From: Kudoa neothunni
Taxonomy: Eukaryota; Animalia; Cnidaria
Assembly: GCA_964304625.1 (NCBI GenBank)
Contig: OZ199838.1
Location: 10,991,607-11,055,606, forward strand
DNA: 64,000 bases
Direction: 5' to 3'
Positions 16,308 through 29,897 of the stretch are shown here, one piece after another; within the stretch, counting starts at the first letter, position 1, and each line of letters begins with the position of its first letter. The position numbers were made by a program, and so were the translations under genes. Under the pieces are notes generated by a model. It saw only the letters and a list, made by a program, of their open reading frames with translations, was not told the origin of the DNA and did no database searches.

Positions 16308-17265
16308 TTTTAATTTTGGAGTAAGCGGCTCTCATTGCGCATGCGAGGTTAGCATGATGATCCATTTATTTGATTATATGAGGTAGACTTTCAAATTAGT
16401 CTCGAAGTTAACACAATTATTTTTTATCAAATCATTATTATTCAATAAAAAAATACAAAATATTGCTATTTTGTTGAGATATTAGTATTTTACAAATATA
16501 CTAATAACGTATTAGAATTTCAGATTGTGTAATTTTTTGAGTGGTATAAAATTAGAATATACATCTATAATGTATACAGTATCTATGTTATGTTACTGCT
16601 TATTATATTTTGAGAATAAGCTTTTCAACGGAAAACATTAAACATTCTATCTCTATGGAGTGTTATTAAGATGTTTCGTGTTAATGATGATTCCATCCGT
16701 TTATAAATTTCTCACAAACTGAGGTGAGATTTATACGAAATACCCAAATTTGGTAATTTTAGAGATATTCTAACATTTTTAATGAATTAATTTTAAATTT
16801 GGAATGATAGAAACTTTTTCAAATCTTAATTGGTCGTATTAACAAATATTTCGTAAATTTAGGTTAAAAAATTGTTGTACACGCGTTTGTTTATCATTAT
16901 GATTGGTTTTTGAACAAACAAAGTTGGGATAATCGATAGCACGAATTACATCAATGTATCCTCAAACAATTGACTCGGCGATATTTATAAGTATCACGTA
17001 AACGTCAGTCGCCAGTGGATGCTATGGGGATCATGTGGAAATAATTTAAAAGGCAGAGGCTATTTTCAAGATAGATTTTTATTTAAATCTGTGCGCGGCT
17101 ACGCGATATCAAATATTTAATCTGGCAACTCTTACTTACAAGTTGTATAAAGATTTAATTTTTTGGAATATGTGATATTTAATTATTTGTGGTTCTAATA
17201 AGCGAAGCAATGAGCCGAAAATAATCCAATAGAGTCAAAACTAGTGACACCTAAATATTATATAT

Positions 17266-19792
17266 CAGGGGTCGGCAACCAACGGCCCGTCATGAATTGA
17301 CTATTGACTAGCATAAAAATTTTTCTTCAGTGTCTAAAATAAGTAAATAGTTTATACGTTTTCATTTAGATCGTTTTCTACATGTTAATATTTTGTCGAT
17401 ATAAACATTTCAGCTGACCAACATTCATTTTCATTAAGTCAAAATACTGAAATAAATGTGACGATCAAAATAACGTTAAAATTACTTTTTAAACAATATA
17501 AAATATTTTTAAAAATACATATAGGTATATCTTATTATTTGATATCACAATAAATAGTATTCCCATGAGTTAAGTAAGAGTTGGTTTCACCGTAAATGAA
17601 AAGTATTAGTTTATAATAGTTTTTACTTGACATAATTTTATAATTAAAATGACTTTTAAAATTTCTAATCTATATATTTATATTAAGAAAAATGGTGCAG
17701 GGATACAACGCACTTTTGTTGGACAAACCTTTTAGGTGCGTAGTACCCCCGCAGTACACAGTATCTATGCTCGGCGGATAATAATGGCGTGCGGTCGTAC
17801 TTTGTATTTAAAAATTACATTTTCTCTCGTATATTAATGATAACTCGTAGGTATTCAGACAAAGTTGAATGTTAAACAAAAAACAACAAATATCGAATAA
17901 ATACATTATAATCATTCGAAAATTAGTAGATTTGTTTTAAATAGGTGGCTATTTTATCATTCTTTTACGAACCGTATCTTATTTTACGGATGGCAAAGTT
18001 CAATTTTGTTTTATTTTCTAACGCAGCTAAGTCATGAGCAAAAATATTTACTCTTAATTTATTTAAATATTCAATGGTTTCATTAATGGAACAAAACGTG
18101 CCAGTTTTTTCATAATTTTTATCAGAAAACGATTCATTCATTGCGTCGACTTCATTATTTATTGAGTTAACGTATTTATCTTCAGGACCTCTAAATGAAG
18201 TAATTTCTTCTATATTAATCCGACTTTCAGTTTGGTTTTTCTAAGGATTTGCTTCCAATCAAAAGGATAATGCCTCCTAATCCATAATTATTAACAAGAA
18301 TGATTTTTTAAAACAGTTTTTGATTGTTTATTCATTCATTAATTTCCATACTTCCTTCATTGTGTACATATTTTCAAGTAAATCTGCAGAATCATTATTT
18401 AAGTTGTTATCAAAAATACTAATGGAATTAACTTGCACTTTATTTATCAAAAAATTCGTCAGATGATTTTTGTCAATTTATTAAAAAAAGTTAATAATTC
18501 TTTCATCTGATTGTTGCAATACACTGATTGTTTCATGTGGAGGAAAACAGAGTTGAATATTTTAAAAATTTAGCGTGGGATGAGCTGAGAAATTTTTGCC
18601 AAATCATATGATTCTTCTCTTACATTGATAAATTTCAGCTTTTATACCATTGAACGTTTTGAAAAATTAAAGTTCCCTGTTAGTGTAATAGGGAAGTGGG
18701 AGATCTTTTATTTAACGGAAGCACCAAGGTTTTTCACGATGGCGAATTATTAGTAAGAGTTTTTTTCTAACATCGAGTTGATCGCAACGATTGTTATTTT
18801 CTCTTTGGATTTTGTAGAACCCCCCAAGTTTTTTTCTATTTCAAATGCATAACCATACATTAAATTTTACACAGAGATAAAAATTTTAATGATATTTTAC
18901 GTTTTCTTCGCTGGTAAAATAGTCCAGTTTCATCCAAATAAAAGATATCTTTTGGATCATAATTTCCGACCAACCCTAACAGTAGATCATTCCAAGGGGA
19001 AACTAATTTAAGAACAACACTCCTGGATTCATCTACGAATTTGTTATTTATAGTCCAGCCCTTGAAGAAAATTCTTTAAACCAACCTCTACCAACCTTAG
19101 CAATTGTGTTTTAACTTCATATGAATAATCGTAGACCTTTTCAATTATATCATCCAGAGAGAGTTCGATATTACGCGATCTCTTTAGCTCAATCCACTCT
19201 AACCCTAGAATCTAAATGTTGAAATTATTTTTTCTTAAGGTTTCCTTGCTGTGATGTAGATCCTCGGTATTAAATTCTTCCAGAATATTGTTCTTTTTTA
19301 ATATTATGCTGTTTAAGGAAGATTTCGATTTTAATTCAAATTTCTCTGTTGTTTTAGCTTCTGGGCCACTGAATTTTGTTATATCATCATAATAGTTTAT
19401 TATTTTAACTTATCATCTAACTATCGATATTATCTCAGATTTCTTAACCGCGTAACAACCATGTCGTTGGATTTAGTTGTGGGATTTATAGAGAGCAATA
19501 TCCATGAAGTGCGCAGTAAGCAGGTAATCAAATTTTCTCAGACTCTAAGTCCTATTTTCAAAAATAATTTCGCTTGGTTAATCATTTTTAAGTTTTTATT
19601 ATTATAAATAACAACATTGTGTATTTTTATTAGAAAACATTTCCATAATATCATAAAGTGCGTACTACCCCTGCATTACTGTATTTGAATTAAGAATAAT
19701 TTAACACTTTTGGAAATTATTTTTAATACAGTCCGTATCAAAATTACGGTATGTTTGTTTTGCCCAACACTCAAAAAAGTTGCCGACCCAAG
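17266..19792. mobile_element. hAT MITE interrupted by a nested pogo/Tigger element
   Basis: TIRs CAGGGGTCGGCAAC / GTTGCCGACCCAAG with TSD TTATATAT / TTATATAC. Segments 17266-17690 and 19682-19792 align colinearly with the uninterrupted copy at 44501-45040. Confidence 0.85.
17690..19681 (-). mobile_element. Decayed pogo/Tigger (CENP-B/DDE_1) transposon
   Basis: Ends resemble GTGCAGGGATACAACGCAC and GTGCGTACTACCCCTGCATTACTG|TA. Minus-strand remnants LEWIELKRSRNIELS, GRGWF and NFSAHPTL...IQLCFPPHETISVLQQSDERII match 'DN.SAHP....LPPNTTS.LQP.DQGII'. Confidence 0.8.
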
Positions 19793-20820
19793 TTATATAC
19801 CATACAAATAGCCACTTTCCAATATATATCATCATAAATTTTCCGGAAATTATAAAATTTGTCAAATGTTAATCAAATTAGAAAAAATAAAGTATTTTTT
19901 TAAATATCCAGAACTTGCGCGATAATTAAGTTTTAAGTTAATCCCTTACAATCTAGCTGAAATAATCGGAGTCTTTCATATAAATGACTAACAATATAAT
20001 TATATTTTTTCATTATTTTAAAATAATCCGGCAATTTTGTAATATTTTATTTTTATTTCATTGCAACTGTTTATATGTGAAAGTTAACAAATATATTATA
20101 AATTAAACGTATTGATTATTACGCATAAAATAAAATTCTTATAAGGTATTTAAAATAACGAATTCTGATTCAGTCTTAGCAAAATACATAATTTCAGGGG
20201 TAAATTGAGAGCACGGAGGTTAGGAAATCAATATATGGGAAATAGGGTCACGAAATATCCCGCATGATCCTGGGAGAGTAAATGCATTGTTTACATATTC
20301 AACCGAATTTAGAGTTGAGTTTTAATATAATATTTCAACTCAAGTAATTTTAAATCATAATCAGATAACATGTTTATTGTTTTTCACTTTACCAAATTTT
20401 GGTGATATATTCACGTACTCGAATAAGCGCTTCATTATTTAGACATTTCATATTTTCTTTATCATCGCTTATTTTAAAACTTTCAAAAATTAAATTCATT
20501 TTTTCGCAATATTCTTTTTATTTTGGAACCTAAAGTCATTGTCAACATGGAGTCTAAGTAAAAACCTTGAAGTAATTCGATATTAATTGTATTGAAATAA
20601 CTTATAGTGACATTTTATAATTGTTAGCACCTCAATTGAGGTAAAGTGACTCAGATTGACGTTATTTAAAAATAAAATTTTTGAATATATTAAAAATAGT
20701 CACTATAAATAACTCTATAAATTAATTATCTCTAAATTTATTCATTGACGGTAAAGCGTGAGTGGTATTTGCATTATCAAAAAAATATGAATTTTTCTAT
20801 TTTTTTACATTATTATAATA

Positions 20821-21715
20821 CAGTAGGTGACCGTTAATTCGTAATTATTTCTAAATGCCCCAAAAAAGAATTCACAAATCCATAATGCTTCAAGAGAAAT
20901 ATGATATAATTACATATAATGATAGTTTACCACCTTTAAATAGAAAGACGGAAACTATTGAACATTTCAAAATTGGTTATATTTCAACTTTAAATGGCAT
21001 TTTGGAAAAAGGCTCAAATTAAACAGGCATTTGAAAGTCAATTGCATCTAGCTAAACGAAGATCGATATGGAAAGGAAAAGATAAAGACGCTGATCAACG
21101 TGTGTATGTGTGGTTCGTTTGGATGAGGTAAGAAAATATCGAATTATCGTCCATCGAAATAATTAACAAAAGAAATGAGATCGATTCTTCCGAAAATGAT
21201 TTCAAAAATGTTAGCTATGGATAGTTTCGTGGCTTTAAAAATAGGTTCAACTAAAAAGATCAATTTCCATGTCGAAGCTAGCACGGTACCCATAAGAATC
21301 ATGACAGATTAGAACACTCAACTTCTTAAAATTCATGAAAATTATAAGGAGGATCAAATACAATTTGTCGACAGGGCCGCGTTGTTCTATCAATTAACGC
21401 CTCTTAAGTGATTCCTAAACATGGTTACTTTAATTTCCAATAAATTATTTTTCCGTGCATTAAATGGAACCCAAAAGTTCTTAATATTATTTCCATTATA
21501 ACAATTATTTTTTGTGCGCCAAAAGAGCGCCTTATTATTTTTTAGTTTTGATCTAAATTATGAATATTCTTAAATCAATGAATCAATAAAAGTCAGGTTT
21601 TCATTGTAGTTTTATCACGCGCGCACACCAAAGCTATTACGAATTAAAGTCAGTGACGTCTAATTCGTAATTTTCCTGGGACCCGAAGGGATTGCGAGTT
21701 AGTGGTCACCGGCTG
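20821..21715 (+). mobile_element. Internally deleted pogo/Tigger element
   Basis: Inverted ends TA|CAGTAGGTGACCGTTAATTCGTAAT and ATTGCGAGTTAGTGGTCACCGGCTG|TA. Internal CENP-B HTH remnant DQRVYVWFVWMR...SYG*FRGFKNRF. Confidence 0.8.
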
Positions 21716-21855
21716 TAGCGGGAACGGCTATTTTGCAGTATACGTGACGAACTTCGGTACAAAAAGATAACGCCCAGGAAAAATCGGACACAATATTGAA
21801 TTGAATATAAAACCATTATATATTTACACAGAGTGCTCAATTACTTATTTTTATA

Positions 21856-22950
21856 GTAGCGGGAACTTCCCAGCGTTACTTGTGAAGGATTTCGCATAGA
21901 TACGTTTCATAATAACATTAAAAAAATATATTGAAGTTTAAAATTAACCCATAGATACAAAATAACTAAAAATTTTTAAATGACATATTTTCAACGATTT
22001 GGATTACCGTAATTTAAAATTATGATCATTTCTGTGAAGTAAAGCACCAATCCCCGCATTCCTTTAAAAATTTCGTGGCCCGGCACCAACGCTAAATAAT
22101 TTATTGTCAGAGTCGTATTTTTTTGCATCCCCGAATTATTCAAATCCCGTAAATATTTTATCCTAAATATTAGTTTTAGCCCGGCTCGGTAACTGTGGTG
22201 CACCACTAACTTTTTAATATATAAAAAAATAGAAAAATCAATAGATATAGAGGAAAACGTATGAAAATTAATTGATTTTGTTAAATTAGCATCGCTCGGC
22301 CAGGCATAAATAATTTATATGATTAGATGAAACCAGAGTACAACCGTCTGCATTGAATTTAATCACTGAAAGTTTAACATAGTGGACGATTTCAATGAAA
22401 TCTAAGGACATGGTTCTTGTATTATAAAGCTTCAATCTGTCTGATTATAGAATTCCTTATCAAATCGTTATTAATGATGCAATCATAGACTTTTTCCCAT
22501 ATTTTAAATCATTAATAGGACTTTTAAAATGTGTTTATCAAGTCAACTACGTTAAAACCCCATAAATAAGGAGTGTATTTACACAAACACCCAAATAGAA
22601 ACGCCAACTTTATATATAAAAGATAGACGGAATCGCTTAATTGACATTTAATAAAGCATATAAGGGAGAATGTTAACTTCAACCGACTTCACCATGACAT
22701 AAGCGTGTTAATCCTACTGTTGAACTCAAGTAATCCGATAAACAAACTTTGAATCGACAATGTCGCCATTTTCTAAACACTTTTGGGAACATTTGGAACT
22801 GTAAAAACGATTTAAAGATTTGTTGAAACATTGTGAATCTTAACAAATTTCATAAATGTCTCTCTATAAGGAAATAATTTTGACGCACATGCGTAGTTGC
22901 TGACTCGCACAAACAGACACTTCAGCTTTATTAATATAGTAGATAATAGA
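21856..22950 (-). mobile_element. Possible non-autonomous Helitron-like remnants
   Basis: The minus strand at 22950 begins ATCTATTATCTACTATATTAATAAAGCTGAAGTGTCTGTTTG, resembling invertebrate Helitron 5' ends. Similar ends occur near 22625 and 22230, and a GC-rich putative 3' end lies near 21856. Pattern recognition only. Confidence 0.4.
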
Positions 22951-24014
22951 TTATATTAAATATCTCGTAGATATTTATGAAAAAACTTAAGATTTTTTAT
23001 TTGGTGGAGATAATGTTTGCGTTACTTTTAAAGTCGCCCAAATATTTGCAACGGCTTATTTCCAGTTCTGTTTTCATACTAATAATCAAACAATTCTTTT
23101 TAAATGCTTCAAGCACTCGGGACTATATTCAGTTAACAAAACAATTTTATCCTAAATAAAATGTTTGTATCAACCATATAATAGAATTATCGATATAAAT
23201 CTTTAAAAGAAAAATATTAATACTTGTTCGTAATTATATTTTAACATAGAAATTTATCGGTAATTTAATTTTCAAACAGATTGTGATGTTTAACGACTTG
23301 TAACATCTTTTTTTAAATCAAAAAAAATTTATTTGAATACCTCTGATAAAACAAAGAAGCTATTCTACTTGAGGGTTAAAGAATTCATCCACAGTAATAT
23401 TTTAAATCATTATATTCAAACAAGTTGGCTTATTTCCTTAGAGAATAACACCTAACGTGTTTATTCACCAAGTATTAAATAGAGATATAATTCTAAAATA
23501 AGTGTTTAAAGTATTTTAATTTAAAATTGATAAAGACAGCGTCTTATTCTTCAAGAAACGCTGGAGGCTTACAATATTGATCTCAAAAAAATTTGAGCTA
23601 TCAAAAACTAGATAACTCTTCAAACTAAAGTTTTTAATAAGTGTAAAAGTTTTCTACCACTTCATTATTGTCTTTCACATGCGTTTCGTGGTTAATTATT
23701 TGTAATGAAGTTAGCTATATTTTTAAAGTATCCGCTCATTCCATTCGTAATATTGGTGATTTAAGTTATTTTTAAATTTTTTTCTAAAAAATAAAGATTA
23801 GAATTGTCTTTTTATTTTCTAGGTTTTGGGTAATACACTGAACTAGGTTATAATGAGACGAGGATAATAAATCTACAAAATGACACCAGTGAATTTATAT
23901 AGACGAGTTTTAAAATAATTAACTATATTCTATTTTTCCGAGAATTAACTCTCCTCACGGTCATCATTCATAAAAAATATTACTAAACGAAAATAGTCGA
24001 GGCATTATATACGT

Positions 24015-26843
24015 CAGTGGTGTGCACAACTTCTTGGGATGCGAACCACATTGGCACATTACAGAAGCTTGGAGGGACGCATTGTTGACTACGCGTTTTT
24101 TTGAGAACTTAAAATACCTGTTAATGGCTGATCTGACATTTTTTGTGCAATAAAAAAGTTAGTATATAAATAAATTTAATAATAAATTTAAACAGATTGT
24201 TTTTTGAATGAAAGTATTTTGTGACCGGCATACTATTGTAAGTTACGATTGAAATAATATAATAGGCCTTATACTTAATGAATTTTAATTTTAATTGAAG
24301 TTACGAAAAGTTAATATACTCAGTAAGTACACATGAAATATTTAAAAAATAGCTCTGATAGAATTTTTCATAGTTATTTTAAACGTGACATTCAATATAA
24401 CATATTTTAAAAAGAGACTCAAGTTATAGATATGATTATAATCAAGTTAATCAAAATTAATTGCATTTACGATCTTTCAGATTACACCGAATTTTTTTGT
24501 GACTTGAATATCACCAACGAATAGGGGTAATTTTCTTAAAATTTATTACGAAATGTTTCAGTTCTAAAATATGACTGAAAACATGAAATTATAAAAATCA
24601 TAATATTTGGTAGGTATTAATGTAATGTTTTTTTAAAGTTTTGCAAAACGATTATTTAGAGTAAAAACTCTCTTCCTAACAAAAATTATAATTTTTTACG
24701 TGGAATTATTTCTTCTAATTCCAATTAATTATATCAATGGATAAAAAAATATTTATCTGCAGATTTCAACTCCTAATTAACTGGAATTGTTTTTTTATAA
24801 CTTTCAAGTTATTTAAGAGCGTTTATTCTTCATTGTTATCATTGATCTTCTCATTGAATTCCCCATGTTTCGTTTGTTGATGTCGCTTCAAGTTATATTC
24901 CATTAATATAGCGACTGATTCAAGACAACGCAAACACACCAATTTTTTCATTTAATGTGTGGAAAAATATTTTGGAGACCAGTCATCACTAAAATTACCG
25001 TCTTCATCAATAAATGTACACTTTGGGGAGGGACACTCAAGTTTAGTTGTGCAAAAACTTGTCGTCAACAAACGACGATTAATAAGGTAAGTTTGAGCGC
25101 ATTATCACTCGATAAAATTAAGAAGAAAAGAAAAAACTATTTCTACATTAAGCTGATAAATATTGATACACCTCTATTATAAACATTTATGTTTAAAAAT
25201 CTAAGGATATCTCGACAATTATACAAATTACATAGACTTTATAATTTTTTCAATGTAGAAACAAATAATTTTTTCGTTAGTAAATCGTTTGTAATGATTG
25301 GTATGAGAATGATTCTTATAGTGTTAGATTTCTAATTAGATATAAGTATTGTCAGCTCATGGTTTTTTAATATTTAGTTGTTTTTAAATTCTTGTTGTTG
25401 TAAATTAACTCTCACATACCAGTTTTCCCCGAAATTTATTATCTGCTACTTTGTTTTAAGCGTGTACTAGACCTTACCTTGATCACTATTACATAAGATA
25501 AATAATAGGTGGAGTGTAAGCCAACGTTGTCAACCATGTCCGATTGTTTGACCTTTGTTCCTCGAAAGATTGAATAATCGCTAAACAATATTTCAAAAAT
25601 GAGAAGCTATTGCAAATTCACAAAAAAGTGGAAATTAATCGTAGTCGATTTCATTTACAAGAAATCTATGAAGAGATAATTTTATACTTAGAACAATGTT
25701 TTATTTAAATTAAAATATCTGCAGTAAAAGTTCACCAAATGCAAGGAACAATTATGAATTTTAATAATTAATTATTGAAACCCACGTAGTACTGAAATTG
25801 AGACTAACATGAAAATACCAAAAATTTAATGAAAATAAACACATTTTTAAATAATATGCTCAAGTTAAGAATAGAATTTCGGATTGTTTTCATATTTAAT
25901 AACGATAAGACAAAGTTTAATCAGGACCAATTGACCATTTTGGAACTATCGCGAAGAACCTTATGTGTGTTGGAACGATTGAATGTAAAAAAAAGACTCT
26001 GATGTTGTTTGATATCTAATGCTAAGCTAGCATTAAAATGTTTGTTATCAATTCTCAAAAAGTTTGAATTTTAATGACGGCCGGAATAAACTTAAATTTA
26101 ACAAAATATTATCTACTTGCCCAATTTTTCTTAATTTAATAAATGAATGATCGTGCATAAAAATAAAACCTCACCTAGATATAGTTGTTAAGTTTCATTC
26201 AAAAAGTGGACGAAGGGTTGTAATAAAACTAATCAAAATTAAAGGAATTGATCAGACTCAACAAGAAAATTTGATTAATTAAATCATTAATAATCGCCTT
26301 TTGAGCATTGTTTGTGGGAAAAATAGTTTTCATTTCATTGGAAAATATATCATATCTTAATTGTAACTAACTCTGATTAAAACTTTTCCATAGAGAGCAT
26401 TTTCTTTTTCTGAGATTGTCAAAATTATCAGAATCATAGAATGTTGTGTTTACATTAGATGATCTTATTCGAATGAGCGAATTTTTCAGCACATCGACCG
26501 AGTAATGTCAAAACTTTGAAGCTTCCGAGTAAATTATAAATTTACATAATATTTGTACATATAATTAAATATCAGTTCGGTGTTGACAAAAAACTCTGAT
26601 TTTTCCGATATTGTCTGGCAAAAATTTTACCAAATGTCCGATTTGGGTTGGTAACGCCCGCTGCAAGCGTAGGTAAAATTTCAGATCAAATAACTAAATC
26701 GAGTAAATTTAATTTTTATAAATCCGCAATATTTATCAAAAAGTTATTTTTTAATTTGTTATTAGATTGTGAAAATGCGTACATTCTCGCGTAATTTTTC
26801 AGGTTTGTAAACCCGTCCACGGGCCGCACCTTGCCCATCACTG
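24015..26843. mobile_element. Decayed full-length-sized hAT element
   Basis: TIRs CAGTGGTGTGCA / TGCCCATCACTG with 8-bp TSD ATATACGT / ATATATGT. About 2.8 kb long; no intact ORF. Confidence 0.75.
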
Positions 26844-27064
26844 ATATATGTTACTTTAGTCAAAGAACCGAGAGCAGAACTTAATTATTATGAAATTGAT
26901 TCCAAATTTTTTCTATCCAATTTAACTAGGATGCCTTATTTTACGAACAATGTTATTGCATTCATTTAGGTAATGAATAAGCTAATAGGTATGAATACAT
27001 TTTCTGGTCTACAATTACGCAGAATAGATTCATTACATCTAATCCGTAGATACATCGAATAGCC

Positions 27065-27078
27065 TGGAAAATTTTCCA
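27065..27078. promoter_or_regulatory. Perfect 14-bp palindrome TGGAAAATTTTCCA upstream of surface-protein copy 1, followed by TATAAAA at about 27126
   Basis: Identical at 31224-31237 upstream of copy 2, although the surrounding promoter has many substitutions. Confidence 0.5.
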
Positions 27079-27259
27079 ATGCTTTTTACAATATCATTAC
27101 GAAACAAATGTTCTACATATCGTTGTATAAAATGAACTTTTGTAAATGAGAAATAATACCTACCATACTCATCATTCCAGACATCGTCGCTTATTGATGA
27201 TTAATATTTTTTTGTGCTCAATAACACCGAAAAAGATTAATAACGAAGAATCATAAAAT

Positions 27260-29897
27260 ATGAGGCTAATAAGTTTTATTTTATTTTCGACAATACTCAC
27301 AAAAAGTAAAATTAGGAATATTTTTCATTAAATATTACCATTTAGTATGTTGTCACAAGTATTTCATTGAACAAATTGAACGACCAGCAGAAGAACCACA
27401 AACAACTGAAACTCAAGAACCGCAATCTACTGTTAATCAATCAGTTTCACAGTCAAATACCCTGTCGACGTTGATGAAATCCGGTGATCAAGCTAGTTCC
27501 GATTCTGAGGATAGTTCTGTTAGTAGTTCCGACTCTAGTACTGGTAGTTCTGATGGTGACACCGAGCTTGCTGCTGATGCTATTGAAGATAATGCTGACA
27601 CTGAGGAGTCTAATGAAGATAAAGATGATGATGATGACAGCGACGTTTCACCTCCTACCAGCGACTCAACTAATGCGGACGAAACTACTACCACCGAGGC
27701 TCCTCCTGAAACTACAATAAACCCAAGTGATATACCTATAAATGATCAAATAATCTCCAAATACATGGATAAAATCACAATACATTTAAAGGGGGACGAA
27801 AACGAGAAATGCAAAATAGAACATTTGTTCAGAAATGGAGACAGATCCAAATTTAATGAAACTATGTGTATAATAGGTGAAACCCAAACTGTAGCCGTAT
27901 GTGAACCTCAATGTAATCAGACGGTTGTGATTAATGTCAATAGTGGACGATTTATGCATTATTTCAGGGTTACCGAAGGAAGGAACATTAATATATTAGC
28001 GATTCCGGCAGGTAAATCATAATACTTAGATTTTTGAGATTATTATTTAATAGATATGCCCAGACTTCCTGAAACTAACGTAACTCTGAGCGAAGAAAAA
28101 GCGCAATTCGGAGTTAACAATTTCTGTACAGATAATTTCAGATGCCGAGTAAAAAGCACAAGATATGATAGAACTTTAGTCAAAGTAGAAAATAACAGCT
28201 GTGAACTACACAACATTACTATACCAATTCGTTACTCAATGTCCAGCGCCTATTATTCATACTGCGGTGCAAATCAAGCTAAAATCATGTTTTATGCCAA
28301 CAAGTCTTTCTACAATAAAGATAACAAATACCAATATGTTCCTTTTACTGTTACTCAATCAGCCAGTCAAAAAGCTAATTTCCCATTAACAATGGAGAAT
28401 CCCTATATGAACAATGAAATTTGCAATTTCCAAATAAAGGATGGAACTAATGTTGGTTATAAAGATAAATGTAGTCAAACTGGAAGCGCAGATTCAGATA
28501 AATGTTACAAATACTGTGGTGGGGCTACCACTTTGGTCTGGGATGGCAAAAATGATGATGTTAATGATTATACTGTCAAAATTGCTACTAGACATGGGGA
28601 AGAAAATTACAAAATTAAAAGTATATGCAATTCAGATATGATAAAATTTATTGTTTTATAGAAGACAAAAATACTGTAGAGCTGTCCGATATCACAGCAA
28701 CTTCAGCAAGTTATCAAGCTACTAATACCGAGGAGTCTAAAAAATGTTTCCCTTCATTAGTCCACGCGAAAATTCCTGGTATTGCAATGAGCAATATATG
28801 TGGTGAAGGTAGAAACTTAACTTGTCCAGAAGCATGTGCCACGAAGACACAATTAAATCTTTTAACCCCAAACACGGCATACATACTTGAGATGGTAATT
28901 GGCACATCGAAATCTGATGAAAACAAAAATGTTGTTAACAAATTTCTCGCCACAGGTATAAATATAAGATACTATAAATACTTAATATGATTAGCACCAA
29001 TAAAATTCAGCGAAACAAAAGTATTGTTTTTCGGTGATACAATGATTATGACCCCAGGAGCAGTGAGTGCATATGAGTCGTATCTCCCGAAAATGAAATG
29101 TTATGTGAGATACATGAAACCCAGAAAACCAAGAAGAACAATAGCCACCTGTTCTGATGGAAAACCATGTTGGGGTCTGTGCTCTCAAAGATTTGAAGTA
29201 GTAAATTTGCCGGTTAATGTAACATTAAGTATCGAGTTGGTTCATGCTGGCCACGTTGATTATCCAGTTTATCAAGTGTCACAATTAATAAGTGAATAAA
29301 TATTGATGCGACAACATTAACTCTGATATTTTAATCTTAGAACCCAATGATACTAAAGCAAAACCGGAAATAACTTTTGATATTGTTGAAAAGAAATTAA
29401 CTATCATACCAGACAAAACTCAACCAGGAAATTTATGTGATGTGGTTATTTACGCAGTCAATCCTGAAAACCCCCAAGATAGATTTTTGTTTGAGAAGAT
29501 AGGAAAACCAACCGATGAAGATATTGATTGTGCAAACTCAGTTGTATTTGACAATATAGATATAAAATACAGCTATCAGTTGTTATCTGGCGATGGACAA
29601 TCTGCAGCAATTATTGACGAGATTGAAGTCGGAAGTAAATTATTGTTATTTATTTATTGTTATATAATTTTATATAGAACAAGGATCTGGGTAATCATAA
29701 TTATTATATATATTATGAATTTGAACAATTTATTTTCATTTAGTGGTTGGATGAAGAAGAACTGGTGGATGTAATTTTCATATGAAGATATAGTATAATA
29801 TTTCATAATTAATTTATTTAGTATTTTCGCAGTGTTGGGTGCTTTGGGTGTGGTTATTGGTGCAGTGGCCTTTGTGGCGAATAAATCCAGTGACTGA
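27260..29897 (+). CDS. Uncharacterised single-pass (type I) surface glycoprotein, copy 1: signal peptide, Ser/Asp/Thr-rich region, about six Cys-containing ~98-aa modules, TM helix, 5-aa tail
   Basis: Nine-exon model: 27260-27305, 27346-28011, 28054-28620, 28662-28955, 28995-29291, 29341-29634, 29678-29690, 29744-29770, 29822-29897 (2280 nt, 759 aa, all GT-AG, frame-consistent). Begins MRLISFILFSTILTKICCH and ends WWIIFAVLGALGVVIGAVAFVANKSSD*. Confidence 0.88.
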
